Origin: a virus
Taxonomy: Duplodnaviria > Caudoviricetes
IMG/VR virus record: IMGVR_UViG_3300032007_000017
Reading direction: 5' to 3' (one strand)
DNA length: 64,000 nt
Shown: positions 42,601-51,798 of the stretch, one piece after another
Numbering within the stretch: position 1 is the stretch's first letter
How the letters are laid out: every line of letters starts with the position of its first letter
Made by a program: the position numbers and the translations under genes
The notes under the pieces: model-generated
Seen by the model: only the letters and a program-made list of their open reading frames with translations
Told to the model about the DNA's origin: nothing
The model's database searches: none

Positions 42601-44269
42601 GGCATTAAGGTCTCGATCTTCTGTATATCCACAAATTGGGCATACAAAAGTTCTATAGCCATTAATATAGTAACCCTTAGATCCACAATGACTACATTGT
42701 TTTGAAGATGGAAAATATTTATTAGCAGTAATGACAGGAATATTTCTCCACCTAGCTTTATACTTTAGCTGACGATGTATTTCACAATACATCATTTGAT
42801 CATTATATGATCGTAAAGCATAATTATTGTGAAGCTGTTCATTAACAGAAATCGACTCGATTACTATTGCTTCTGGATTTCTATCAACAATTTCTTTTGT
42901 GGCTTTATTGATGTCATTTTTGCGTATATTTACCATCTTTTTAATGAGCTTAAGGCGTTTATTTTTTCGCTTATAATGATTTATAGATTTTGGCACATCC
43001 TCGTACTTGGTTCTCGTAGCGAGTCTGATCTTATTATACTTTTCATAATCCTTACTTAATCTACGATCTAATTTTCTTCTACGTTGCTCAAGCTTTGATG
43101 TATCAGTAAATTTGTAGAATTTACCATATGAAGTTGTGATCATATTTATAAGTCCTACATCAATACCAACAGGTTCAGTTTTTGGTTTATCTTCCATAGA
43201 AATATGTGTTTTATCATAATTTTCATATGAAGCCCCAAACCAAAAATTCAATCCATCATAATGAACTGAACAACGATAGAATTTGGTTCCTTTAGGAATT
43301 TGATGATCTTTTGCAAGTACCTTCAAATCCTTAATACCAGAAATGCTAATATAATCTCCTATAACCCTAGTTCTATCGTGTCTAGGAGAAAAAGACCTGG
43401 ATTTATATTCATTTTTTCTAGACTTAAACTTTGGGTATCTGTTTGGATTCGATTTATCAAAAAATCCTTGGAATGCTTTATCTAGATGGTCAAGGGTTTC
43501 TCTCATACATCCAACAGTTGATTCCTTAAGCCATTTATATCTAGAATCATGATTCCGCATATTAGCAAATTTTGTTATTAGATCATAGTAGCTAATGTAT
43601 GGATTTCCATCAGCATGATTATTATTTTGTATCTCAAGACCAAGATTATAGATAGCTCTAGCCAATTGAATTTGGCGCATAAGCTGTTTTGCTTGCTCTT
43701 CTGTAGGATAGAGCTTAATTCTGACGCCTACAAGATTTTCCTCATTTACATTAGGTGGTTTTCGACCCATCGAATACACCTCCTTTCTATAATGATTTAC
43801 ATATTAGTACGATGAATATTATTTTACAATACTTTCGAACACCTTTGTCTATATTCGCAACTTATAGACCCTTTCGGCTCATACTTTCATATGAGTGGAG
43901 ATCATTTGTTCATCCTATTTCTAGGAGTCGGATTTTTCTTCCACCATAAGCTTGTGGTTCTACTCTCCCGCAAGGAGATGATCGTTGAACCTTCACCATG
44001 CTAATCGTTTAGGTGAGTGGCTGCTAAACATCCCAATCTCTATACTTTTTATATCCATCACGCTTATCGTTTCCAATTACGTTGTGGATATAGAGCTCTA
44101 AGGGATATGTCAAAGCAATTAACCCGAAGTACTTATAGATTACTCTATAAGCAGTGCGCTATACACCGGAGTTTGTGCAGTTGAATGGCATTAAGGTTCC
44201 TTTACCAAAAAGATGTTCTGGTGTAGGAAGTGGTGCATTTCTAATCTGTTCTACAAGTTCACTTGCCAT
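39682..44269 (-). CDS. rpoB: RNA polymerase beta-like subunit, C-terminal half, in three exons (44269-44165, 42314-41205, 40803-39682; about 778 aa spliced)
   Basis: Joining restores LMPFNCTNSG|VRKLMF (cf. LIPFLEHDDANRALM) and NMCG|VYGRENGGQ (cf. NPLGVPSRMNIGQ); also GDKLTNRYGGKGV, YYYRLKQ, RFGDME. Confidence 0.9.
40804..41204 (-). ncRNA. Group I intron, ORF-less (401 nt; boundaries can slide 2 nt)
   Basis: P (TTAATTGC), Q (TTTAGCAGC), P7 GGTCA/TGATC, P3 TCGGGTT/AATCCGA, P9 CTCATAT-GAAA-GTATGAG; removal restores frame. Confidence 0.88.
42315..42500 (-). ncRNA. Putative omega-RNA scaffold
   Basis: ATGTACC...GGGAGTTTAAGCCTTCGGAG...GATTCAGTGAACTAGGAA between tnpB stop and element end resembles Firmicutes tnpB right ends (recalled, not searched). 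Confidence 0.65.
42514..43770 (-). CDS. tnpB: TnpB RNA-guided endonuclease
   Basis: HTH IKLYPTEEQ, RuvC-I GIDVG, RuvC-II VIE, Zn finger CSHCG...CPICG, RuvC-III DRDLNAAYNL; ATG 43770 after AAGGAGG. Confidence 0.93.
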   Translation of the reverse strand: MGRKPPNVNEENLVGVRIKLYPTEEQAKQLMRQIQLARAIYNLGLEIQNNNHADGNPYISYYDLITKFANMRNHDSRYKWLKESTVGCMRETLDHLDKAFQGFFDKSNPNRYPKFKSRKNEYKSRSFSPRHDRTRVIGDYISISGIKDLKVLAKDHQIPKGTKFYRCSVHYDGLNFWFGASYENYDKTHISMEDKPKTEPVGIDVGLINMITTSYGKFYKFTDTSKLEQRRRKLDRRLSKDYEKYNKIRLATRTKYEDVPKSINHYKRKNKRLKLIKKMVNIRKNDINKATKEIVDRNPEAIVIESISVNEQLHNNYALRSYNDQMMYCEIHRQLKYKARWRNIPVITANKYFPSSKQCSHCGSKGYYINGYRTFVCPICGYTEDRDLNAAYNLRNLAYQQPLVTSEGRETLLLKDIA

Positions 44270-44387
44270 GATTTATTCCTCCTTCATGTATTGTGCAGTT
44301 GAATGGCATTAAGGTTCCTTTACCAAAAAGATGTTCTGGTGTAGGAAGTGGTGCGCTTCTAATCTGTTCTACAAGTTCACTTGCCAT
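44173..44387 (-). repeat. Tandem duplication (about 97 bp) of beta-C exon 1; upstream copy is a dead-end 42-aa ORF
   Basis: 44291-44387 vs 44173-44269 identical except codon AGC/AAT. Confidence 0.95.
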
Positions 44388-44471
44388 AATGAAATCTCTC
44401 CTTACATGTGTGCGTCATTTAAGAAGAAGCCAGTCTAGAAATGTGTCTATTTCTAGACTGGCTTTTGATTA

Positions 44472-45734
44472 TTACGCTGCGTCTTGAATTACGGATTCAT
44501 TCATGATTTCGGCATTAAGCATATTAATAATGCTTATGGATGCCTTACGACTCTTAGCCGATTCCTCAGCAAGCTGATCATCAGAGTTGAGAATAGATCT
44601 GAGATATTTTGTAGCAGCTCTACTGAATGCTTCTGCAAACTCAGGATCATTCTCAAGCTTATCTTTAAAATCTTTCTGATAGAATTTCTTATCGTATCCA
44701 TCGAGAGAAAGATAAGCACCAGACTGATTGATTACTTTAGCAGATCTCATTGCTACAAACAATGAAAGATCTGCATCGAATCCATGCTCATAGTCAAAGA
44801 CAAGAGTACAGATTCTACCAGCTCTGCCAGTACGAGACTTACAGATCATAGCATCAACAATGATACCATTGATACCAAGATCTTTGTCTTCGCTAAGCTT
44901 GGTATTTTCATCCATACGAATGATCAGATTAGGAGTATATTTCCAAATACGACCACCAGGAAGAGTTTCTCCTTGCTTAAGCCAAGCCATATCAGGCTTC
45001 TTAGGCATGAAAGATACATCATCATTGATATGATTGATTGCAATCAGAATGATATTAGTAGCCTTCAGCATAGGAATAACTCTCTTCAGAGTAAGTGTAT
45101 TCGTTTTAGCTGCAGCAGTAGCAGACATAGAACCACTAAGTTCTTCCTCTTCAGTAAGCTTATCGGGAATAAGCATAGGAACTGAATCAAGAAAATAGAT
45201 ATCAGGAATCAGCTTAGTGATCTTATTTCCATAAGTATCATAAAGACCAGTATCATAGCTCATCTCATCGTAGTTAGCAAGCTTAACATCATGAAGAGCT
45301 TTGATTGACTGATAGAAATTCTCTACAGTGATACCAGAGTTACGATAACGATACTTTGCCTGCATTGTATCATTATCCCATCCAGTAAGAACTTTCTTAC
45401 GAATATCATTTGTACCACCTTCAATATCATCATGATAGATTGAAGAACCTTCGAATCTCTCAGTGATACGAGCAGCAATTTGGATGGACAGAGTAGTCTT
45501 ACCACAACCAGGACGACCTAAGATTTCCATACAGGCTCCATCAGTAATACCAAGGGATACATATGAAAATGGAGGTCTTCCATCTTGAGGTTTAACGCTC
45601 ATAATACATCCATTTGCAAAGTCAAGGGTTAAAAATCCAGTAGGATACTGAATATCAGGCTCTCCCTCTTTCTTCATTCTAGGATCTTTGAATTTGGAGA
45701 CTTCTTCGCGATAACGTTGGACTGTTGAAAGCAT
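44472..45734 (-). CDS. recA: RecA/UvsX-like recombinase
   Basis: PTGF..LD, Walker A GRPGCGKTT, Walker B YFLDSV, INHI, PGG, KSR. Confidence 0.88.
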   Translation of the reverse strand: MLSTVQRYREEVSKFKDPRMKKEGEPDIQYPTGFLTLDFANGCIMSVKPQDGRPPFSYVSLGITDGACMEILGRPGCGKTTLSIQIAARITERFEGSSIYHDDIEGGTNDIRKKVLTGWDNDTMQAKYRYRNSGITVENFYQSIKALHDVKLANYDEMSYDTGLYDTYGNKITKLIPDIYFLDSVPMLIPDKLTEEEELSGSMSATAAAKTNTLTLKRVIPMLKATNIILIAINHINDDVSFMPKKPDMAWLKQGETLPGGRIWKYTPNLIIRMDENTKLSEDKDLGINGIIVDAMICKSRTGRAGRICTLVFDYEHGFDADLSLFVAMRSAKVINQSGAYLSLDGYDKKFYQKDFKDKLENDPEFAEAFSRAATKYLRSILNSDDQLAEESAKSRKASISIINMLNAEIMNESVIQDAA

Positions 45735-45920
45735 TTGTATCTCTCCTTAATCGCGTTATTAATACGTAATGTATAGTTGACGTTTGAGTAAAAAGAAACT
45801 AGTATCAATAAAAGTCCCCTCTCTTCCAAAAGGAAGAGAGGGGTTATCATCTCTTCTCTAAACCAAATGTTGTTATGCAATGAGCGTGGTTTAGAGAACA
45901 AGATTTCTCCTTAATAGCAT

Positions 45921-46823
45921 TTACGGAATATAAATATTGTTTTGATCATACATTCTATCGACCACGTCTCTAATACGACCAAAATCTCTAGATAATGCAC
46001 GAAGGGAGAATCTTACAGGAGGTCTGGTATTTGACCAGGCATCCAAGAATATCTTAATGAGCCTGTAGATATCGCCGCTTGTCATGTTATTTGTAAGAGT
46101 TAGAACGGCAAGTGTGATATTGCTAAAGACATCATGAATATCTTGCTCATCAAACGCATTATCAGAAGCAATACCATGCTGTTTAGGATCATAGTCGAAC
46201 ATGGTAGCCATAAACAAATAACGCATTTGATCAAAGAGCTTTTCATAGATATAGATGATGGTCTGCTCTGTCATAATCTTATCACTGCAAGTGCAGATAT
46301 AGAAATTAACTCTTACTGCATTCTGATATTCATCAGTAGAGCTATATCTGCACATTGCAAGATAAACCGCATTCTCTTCAGGTAAGCCTTCAATAGTTAA
46401 CAGATTGCCAATCGTTCTAGAATTGACAATCTTAGATATCTCGAGCATTTCATGAAGAACTTCATGAGTTGCAGCTCTATAGTAGAGATATGAATAGCAA
46501 AGCTTATTCACAAACAGTCTACGAGACTCAGTGATTGGCATAGTAGAAAGAACATCTTTCAAGACTCTTAAGAAATCCATATCACCGAGCTTCTTAGCAT
46601 ACTTGCAAGTCCCATCGATAAATTGCTTAGCAATGAAATCGATATTGGACCTTACAAAATTATGCATATCATGATCATTCATGGCAGAGAAATTATTGAT
46701 CATTTTATAGAAGTAATCTAACTGCCATGCATCAAAAGAAGGTGTATATTCAGGTTGCGGATCGGGTGGAAGACTATTGATTTCAGTCATAAACTGAGGG
46801 ATCTCATAACCATTAATGTCCAT
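45921..46823 (-). CDS. Hypothetical helical protein
   Basis: AAGGAGG RBS before ATG 46823. Confidence 0.8.
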   Translation of the reverse strand: MDINGYEIPQFMTEINSLPPDPQPEYTPSFDAWQLDYFYKMINNFSAMNDHDMHNFVRSNIDFIAKQFIDGTCKYAKKLGDMDFLRVLKDVLSTMPITESRRLFVNKLCYSYLYYRAATHEVLHEMLEISKIVNSRTIGNLLTIEGLPEENAVYLAMCRYSSTDEYQNAVRVNFYICTCSDKIMTEQTIIYIYEKLFDQMRYLFMATMFDYDPKQHGIASDNAFDEQDIHDVFSNITLAVLTLTNNMTSGDIYRLIKIFLDAWSNTRPPVRFSLRALSRDFGRIRDVVDRMYDQNNIYIP

Positions 46824-46833
46824 TATATCCTCC

Positions 46834-47157
46834 TTATAAAACAAACTTTGTTCCAAGATAACTGTTGAAATATTCAGTTATTGGAATCTGATATTTTCGT
46901 TGTATGATCGAAAATGGACCACTAAATGTATCACTTGCAATAGTGACTTTCTTTACAAATCCATTTGGATCTACTCTAAATGAAACATAGGTGCGATTGA
47001 ATGCACTAAGAGTGATCATCTCATCATCATCGATTGTCACTCCGGTTTTAATGAGGTAAAGACTCACTCCAGGGTTTAAATAAGATTGAATGTCCTCCTT
47101 TAATTGAGAATTAAAATTGGTGTAGCGACGAGTCTTGATTACAATATTATCTTCCAT
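46834..47157 (-). CDS. Hypothetical early protein
   Basis: AAGGAG RBS; early motif 47189-47197. Confidence 0.75.
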   Translation of the reverse strand: MEDNIVIKTRRYTNFNSQLKEDIQSYLNPGVSLYLIKTGVTIDDDEMITLSAFNRTYVSFRVDPNGFVKKVTIASDTFSGPFSIIQRKYQIPITEYFNSYLGTKFVL

Positions 47158-47237
47158 TGTATCTTGACTCCTTTCTTGTACTTCACTATTATAATATGTG
47201 GTTGAAGTGAAAGTTATTAATAAAAAAGAAAAGAAGG

Positions 47238-47888
47238 CTAGGCCTTCTTTTCTCTTAGTTTGAACTCTGTTCCTATAAATGTTACTACTGGATCACCACG
47301 TTGAATAGAATTATGCTGAGACCAGGCATCATTAGTTGCTTTCGCTAACTTCTCTTCATTTCTTTTCTTAATGAGAGAAATCATTCGTTCTTTAACTTTA
47401 ACTAAATTTGCATGTTGGGATCTCTCTTCTGTGCAAACAACGAATTCTCCAGTAGGTTTATAGATACAGCGAATTCCAGTTTCTACCTTATTGACATTTT
47501 GTCCTCCAGGACTCCCACTATGCAAAGGTTCATAAGAAAACATTGATTCATCAAATTCTTCTTTATTAACTTCATTGATTCCAACTCGTTGAAATGAAAT
47601 AAACCAATTCTTTCTCTTATGATTCTTCCTATAAGGACTTTTACAGATCCATTGAATCGTACCAATATACTTATCGAGATCATCAGGAGTTTCGAAAATA
47701 ACCGATTTCAAATCTCCAGAATTTTCTCCATCTACTTTAATAGGATCATATATCGGATGATTCATGACAAGATAATGAAAGAATAAACCAGCAGCACATT
47801 CACATTCTACGGGAGCATGAATTCCAGCAGAAATCTGATATTGATTGTACTTCTTAGCATATTCTTCATCTCTATTCGTTTTTCTCAA
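47238..47888 (-). CDS. prfH: Peptide chain release factor H-like
   Basis: QISAG..PVECE, GTIQWICKSPYR..HKRKNWF, GGQ motif, ERSQHAN; downstream of rtcB. Confidence 0.88.
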   Translation of the reverse strand: MRKTNRDEEYAKKYNQYQISAGIHAPVECECAAGLFFHYLVMNHPIYDPIKVDGENSGDLKSVIFETPDDLDKYIGTIQWICKSPYRKNHKRKNWFISFQRVGINEVNKEEFDESMFSYEPLHSGSPGGQNVNKVETGIRCIYKPTGEFVVCTEERSQHANLVKVKERMISLIKKRNEEKLAKATNDAWSQHNSIQRGDPVVTFIGTEFKLREKKA

Positions 47889-47891
47889 TGT

Positions 47892-48998
47892 TTATCCTCC
47901 AGCTTTGAAGTTATATACCGGTCGAATGATATTCTGAATTTCCACAGTAGGTTCAATGAGTCTCTTAATATAATCAGAATCTTTATATGCCATAGGAGAT
48001 TCATCAAGAGTATTCTTTGCAACCGTAGTAGAATAAATACCTTTCATCTCAGATTTAAACTCATTCAATGTATGGTGTTGTGCAATATCAGATCGAGAAT
48101 ACTTACGACCGGCACCATGAGGAGCGGAGCAATTCCAATCCACATTTTCTTTGCCAACTCCAATAATGCAACCATCTCTCATATTGAGAGGAATAATCAC
48201 ATTATCATCCTTCCCGGCTTTAATAGCTCCCTTACGAAGAATATAATAAAGCTTTCCATCAAGATTAATATGACCGATATAATTGTGGGGTACAGAAATA
48301 CACCAGTCAATGTCCCACTTCATTGCCTTGCAGATCGTATACATAATAGCATATCGATTCAGCTTAGCAAACTCTACACCAATCTCTTGATCATGTATAT
48401 ACATCATACGCAAAGAATCTTCGAGATAGGTGTATGGATGGGGAACTTCATCAGACAGTGTAAGCTTATCTGCAGTATTGTGATAGTGCTCTTCAATAGC
48501 ATATCCAAGAGAACGACTACCACTATGAACCACAAGATAGAAATCATCTTCTTCATCTTTATCAAGTTCGATGAAGTGATTTCCACTACCAAGAGTTCCA
48601 ATAGCTCTTTTAGCCTTCTCTAAATCAATCGACTCAGCACAAGCGAGTTGTTCGAGATCGATATCATCATCAAAGGGACCACTCTTATCTCTATTCTTAG
48701 TACCAGATGGAATCAACTCCCTAACTACCTTATCAAGATGATCCATCTCAATATGCTTCTTGACTTTGATCTTTGCATAGGTCATTCCGCATCCGATATC
48801 AGGACCAATCAGTCCAGGACAAATCTTATCATTACGGATGATCATAGAGAGGCCAACAACTGATCCTTTTCCTGGATGGCAATCGGGCATAATACGAATA
48901 GTATTGCCATCAAATACAGGAGATTCGATCATTGTATTGATTGAACCAAAGGTTGATTTCTCCAAATTTTCTGCAAAGATTTTGCAATCAGCAGGCAT
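47892..48998 (-). CDS. rtcB: RtcB RNA ligase
   Basis: MPDCH.G, DIGCG, GTLGSGNHFIE, HSGSR, HN, RKGA, HGAGR, DESPMAYK. Confidence 0.95.
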   Translation of the reverse strand: MPADCKIFAENLEKSTFGSINTMIESPVFDGNTIRIMPDCHPGKGSVVGLSMIIRNDKICPGLIGPDIGCGMTYAKIKVKKHIEMDHLDKVVRELIPSGTKNRDKSGPFDDDIDLEQLACAESIDLEKAKRAIGTLGSGNHFIELDKDEEDDFYLVVHSGSRSLGYAIEEHYHNTADKLTLSDEVPHPYTYLEDSLRMMYIHDQEIGVEFAKLNRYAIMYTICKAMKWDIDWCISVPHNYIGHINLDGKLYYILRKGAIKAGKDDNVIIPLNMRDGCIIGVGKENVDWNCSAPHGAGRKYSRSDIAQHHTLNEFKSEMKGIYSTTVAKNTLDESPMAYKDSDYIKRLIEPTVEIQNIIRPVYNFKAGG

Positions 48999-49008
48999 AA
49001 AAATCCTC

Positions 49009-49143
49009 CTATTTTATTCTACTTCCATTTGAGTTAATACTGGAAAGAATTCTTTTGATATCATCATTTTGGCGAATGACTTTATCAAGCTTTCCATTAA
49101 GAGCTTTGATCTCATCTAAAAGCTCTTGTTCAAAATTACTCAT
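49009..49143 (-). CDS. 44-aa coiled-coil peptide (MSNFEQELLDEIKAL...)
   Basis: Fills the gap between 49136..49513 and rtcB, overlapping the upstream stop. Confidence 0.55.
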   Translation of the reverse strand: MSNFEQELLDEIKALNGKLDKVIRQNDDIKRILSSINSNGSRIK

Positions 49144-49513
49144 TCTTATCACTTTCTTTCATTTGTTCTACTTTCACAAAATGAGAAGGAGCCCAATCAG
49201 GAGTGTTGAAACCCATAATATTTTCTTGAAGCTCCGTCATCTGATCATATGATAGATTCTCAAATATGATTGACAATTTGTATGTTGCATTAAGATCTTC
49301 TTTTTCTTTCTCACTCATATCATCGTAGAACTTTTTCATACATTCCTCAGAGCAGAATGGAGCTTCAGACACAATATCAATAAAATGTGTAGGCTCTTTG
49401 CATAATAAGCAAGGTTCACTCTTATCTGTATAGAGAAGTCCTTCTTCCTCGAGGTCACTCATACGACTATTCCAAGCACTAGTAGCATTCGGATATTTTT
49501 CTGCGTATTTCAT
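49136..49513 (-). CDS. Hypothetical protein with TRASH/zinc-finger-like motif
   Basis: CLLC...FCSEEC. Confidence 0.7.
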   Translation of the reverse strand: MKYAEKYPNATSAWNSRMSDLEEEGLLYTDKSEPCLLCKEPTHFIDIVSEAPFCSEECMKKFYDDMSEKEKEDLNATYKLSIIFENLSYDQMTELQENIMGFNTPDWAPSHFVKVEQMKESDKNE

Positions 49514-49571
49514 AATAATACCTCCATAAAAATAAAAGAAAGAGGGGACTTAATGTCCCCTCTTCTCGATT

Positions 49572-50723
49572 TTAATAATCAGCTTCGTTGACACCTTTTT
49601 GAAAGGACTTGGTTCCAAAGCTATCGAAGAAATCTGAATCGCTTCGACTGTTTTCCTTCTGGGTTCCCATCATGTCGAATCCGTCATCTTCGAGCTCACT
49701 AACCATACCGCCAATGGCATCGAAAAATCCATCTTTGGTTTTATCGACTTTTGCAGTCTTTTCTTTATAGGACTCAAAGATCTCCTGAATCTCTTCTGTC
49801 GGCATCTTCATGCCGCTTGCGATAAAGGAAATCTTGTATTCCTTTGAATCGGAATTCTTATGAATGAAGAACTCAAACGGTTCGCCATAGAAGCTTCTCA
49901 GATCATTGCCATTATAATCAACAGTATCCTCATCATTGGGAACGTCGAAGATCATAGCAAGTCTCTTGGCACCAGGATTCACACTGGGAGTGATGAATCC
50001 TTGTGATCTGATGAAGTTGCTGAATCCCTTATGGAAATCTTCAGCAGTTGTTCTTTTAAACCGATAGGTATTGGCTGCCATAAATCCGGGGGTTGTAGCA
50101 GCCTTATATAAATCGGTGTCATCCATGACTTGGGTTCCAGTCTGATTATAGGAACCGGTCAGGATCCGCATTACTTCGATGAAAAGCTCATTGGCAAGCT
50201 TTTCGGCCTTGAACTTATTACCGTTTGCTTGGTCAAGGAACTTCGCATTCGAAATTCCAATGATAGTAAAATCATCCGAGAGCTCCTGGCAGATTTCGAG
50301 ACTGTTCTTCATACCTCTGGCATCGTCACCGAAACCAAAGAATAGAACAATTATAACGTTCTTTCCTTTCTGCTCATGGAAGTATCTTGCAAGAATGGGA
50401 ATGCTGGAACTACCGGTACCACCTTCGGTAGCACCGACAAGCACTATTGCCTGATCATCGTCGTTAACAATGTGATTGATATCAATCTTACCTCCTCTAA
50501 GATCGGAGATAAGCATCTCTCTACCAACGGATCTTTCCTTTCCACAACCACCCAGGGTTCTGTTTCCCTTACCAAAGATGATTGTATCGAGACCTGTGTT
50601 CTCGATATCTTTATCCGTACTATTGATAAGATGGACTTTTTCGGGTTTATACCCGCTGCGGACCAGATCTGTGGCAACCTTGTTACCACAAGCGCCACAC
50701 CCTACGACAGAAAAACTAAGCAT
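49572..50723 (-). CDS. tubZ: Tubulin/FtsZ-family GTPase (TubZ/PhuZ-like)
   Basis: VVGCGACGN, GGCGKER, signature GATEGGTGS, T7-like MDDTD, acidic C-tail. Confidence 0.88.
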   Translation of the reverse strand: MLSFSVVGCGACGNKVATDLVRSGYKPEKVHLINSTDKDIENTGLDTIIFGKGNRTLGGCGKERSVGREMLISDLRGGKIDINHIVNDDDQAIVLVGATEGGTGSSSIPILARYFHEQKGKNVIIVLFFGFGDDARGMKNSLEICQELSDDFTIIGISNAKFLDQANGNKFKAEKLANELFIEVMRILTGSYNQTGTQVMDDTDLYKAATTPGFMAANTYRFKRTTAEDFHKGFSNFIRSQGFITPSVNPGAKRLAMIFDVPNDEDTVDYNGNDLRSFYGEPFEFFIHKNSDSKEYKISFIASGMKMPTEEIQEIFESYKEKTAKVDKTKDGFFDAIGGMVSELEDDGFDMMGTQKENSRSDSDFFDSFGTKSFQKGVNEADY

Positions 50724-50756
50724 GATAATTCCTCCTTGTGTATTATATGAATTTAA

Positions 50757-51557
50757 TTAGTCGACAAGATATACGTTTACGTTGTTTCTTGTTATGGCAT
50801 AGCATTCGTCATGGCTATGGCATGCTATATCAATTGTAGTTCCATTCATATTACCTGTATCATCTACACGATAGTATCCATAACCCTCAATGTAAAGCCT
50901 AGTACCGAATTTAACACCATTTAATGCACATGTGGTGCCAATTTCGGCAGGTCGACCACTGGCTGTAATGCCATTGGTCGTTGTACAACAATGAGCACAA
51001 TATGGATCGTACCCAGTAATGCGATACGATCCCAGATATGTCATACCACTTGTATCCGCGGACGTATTATTACGGATAGATATAGTGGTCGTCTTCTTTG
51101 GTCTACTGGCTTCAATCTCTTCAATCTTATCCAGGTCAAGCGGATAAATCTTCAGGATCTTACCAATTAGCAATTCTTTTCCTTGAAGGCCGTTGTCGTA
51201 CTCGATCTGCGGCCAATAAATACCATTTCCATAGTATCTCTCGGCTAAGCCCCAGTATGTATTTCCGGACTGAACTTCGAATTCTTCATATTCTCTTCCA
51301 TCCCAGTATACATATTCAGGCTCTGGATCATTGATAACCGCAGTACTTGTTTCTTCTTCTTCAATCCCATCAATCATTGGATTGTATTGAGGGATTTTGG
51401 TTTTGAGATATTCTATTTCAATCTCATATTGTTCAATTTTCTCGTTATTTTCTTCAATCTCCTTTTCGTAATTCATTGCTCCTATATAAGTACCAATAAC
51501 AGTCATAAGTACAATAGCTGTCATAAGTCTCAACAGTATCGATTCACTCTTTGTCAT
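50757..51557 (-). CDS. Membrane-anchored LysM + 3D domain peptidoglycan enzyme
   Basis: N-terminal TM; LysM VQSGNTYWGLA; 3D: ITGY...TASG...FGTRLYIEGYG...DDTG...IDI. Confidence 0.85.
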   Translation of the reverse strand: MTKSESILLRLMTAIVLMTVIGTYIGAMNYEKEIEENNEKIEQYEIEIEYLKTKIPQYNPMIDGIEEEETSTAVINDPEPEYVYWDGREYEEFEVQSGNTYWGLAERYYGNGIYWPQIEYDNGLQGKELLIGKILKIYPLDLDKIEEIEASRPKKTTTISIRNNTSADTSGMTYLGSYRITGYDPYCAHCCTTTNGITASGRPAEIGTTCALNGVKFGTRLYIEGYGYYRVDDTGNMNGTTIDIACHSHDECYAITRNNVNVYLVD

Positions 51558-51614
51558 TCTTGTCCTCCAAAACGCTGGATACCACCTAGAGGGTGGTATC
51601 CATAAGGTTTATAC

Positions 51615-51749
51615 TTACTTCTTGTTTTTCTCTGCTTCCTTCTTGGCGAAGGCAGCCTCAATCTCCTGTCTCTCAGCCTCGGAGATAGGCTTGTACCCGA
51701 ACTGACCAGCAGGATAGCCTTGTTCGGTAATGACTCCAATGTTTGCCAT
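51615..51749 (-). CDS. 44-aa early peptide (MANIGVITEQGYPAG...)
   Basis: AAAGGAG RBS, early motif 51786-51794. Confidence 0.65.
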   Translation of the reverse strand: MANIGVITEQGYPAGQFGYKPISEAERQEIEAAFAKKEAEKNKK

Positions 51750-51798
51750 AATAGTTAAACTCCTTTCCTTATGGTTTCTCCATTATTATAATATGTAA

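Larger units (their letters stand above)
42315..44164 (-). mobile_element. Group I intron carrying tnpB and omega-RNA-like 3' end (IStron-like, no tnpA)
   Basis: Ribozyme core about 43870-44164 very similar to 40804-41204; tnpB lies 3' of P9; removal restores frame. Confidence 0.87.

Noticed and set aside
51554-51739. 61-aa ORF MESLPNK...
   Set aside because: The RBS fits the 51749..51615 frame instead.
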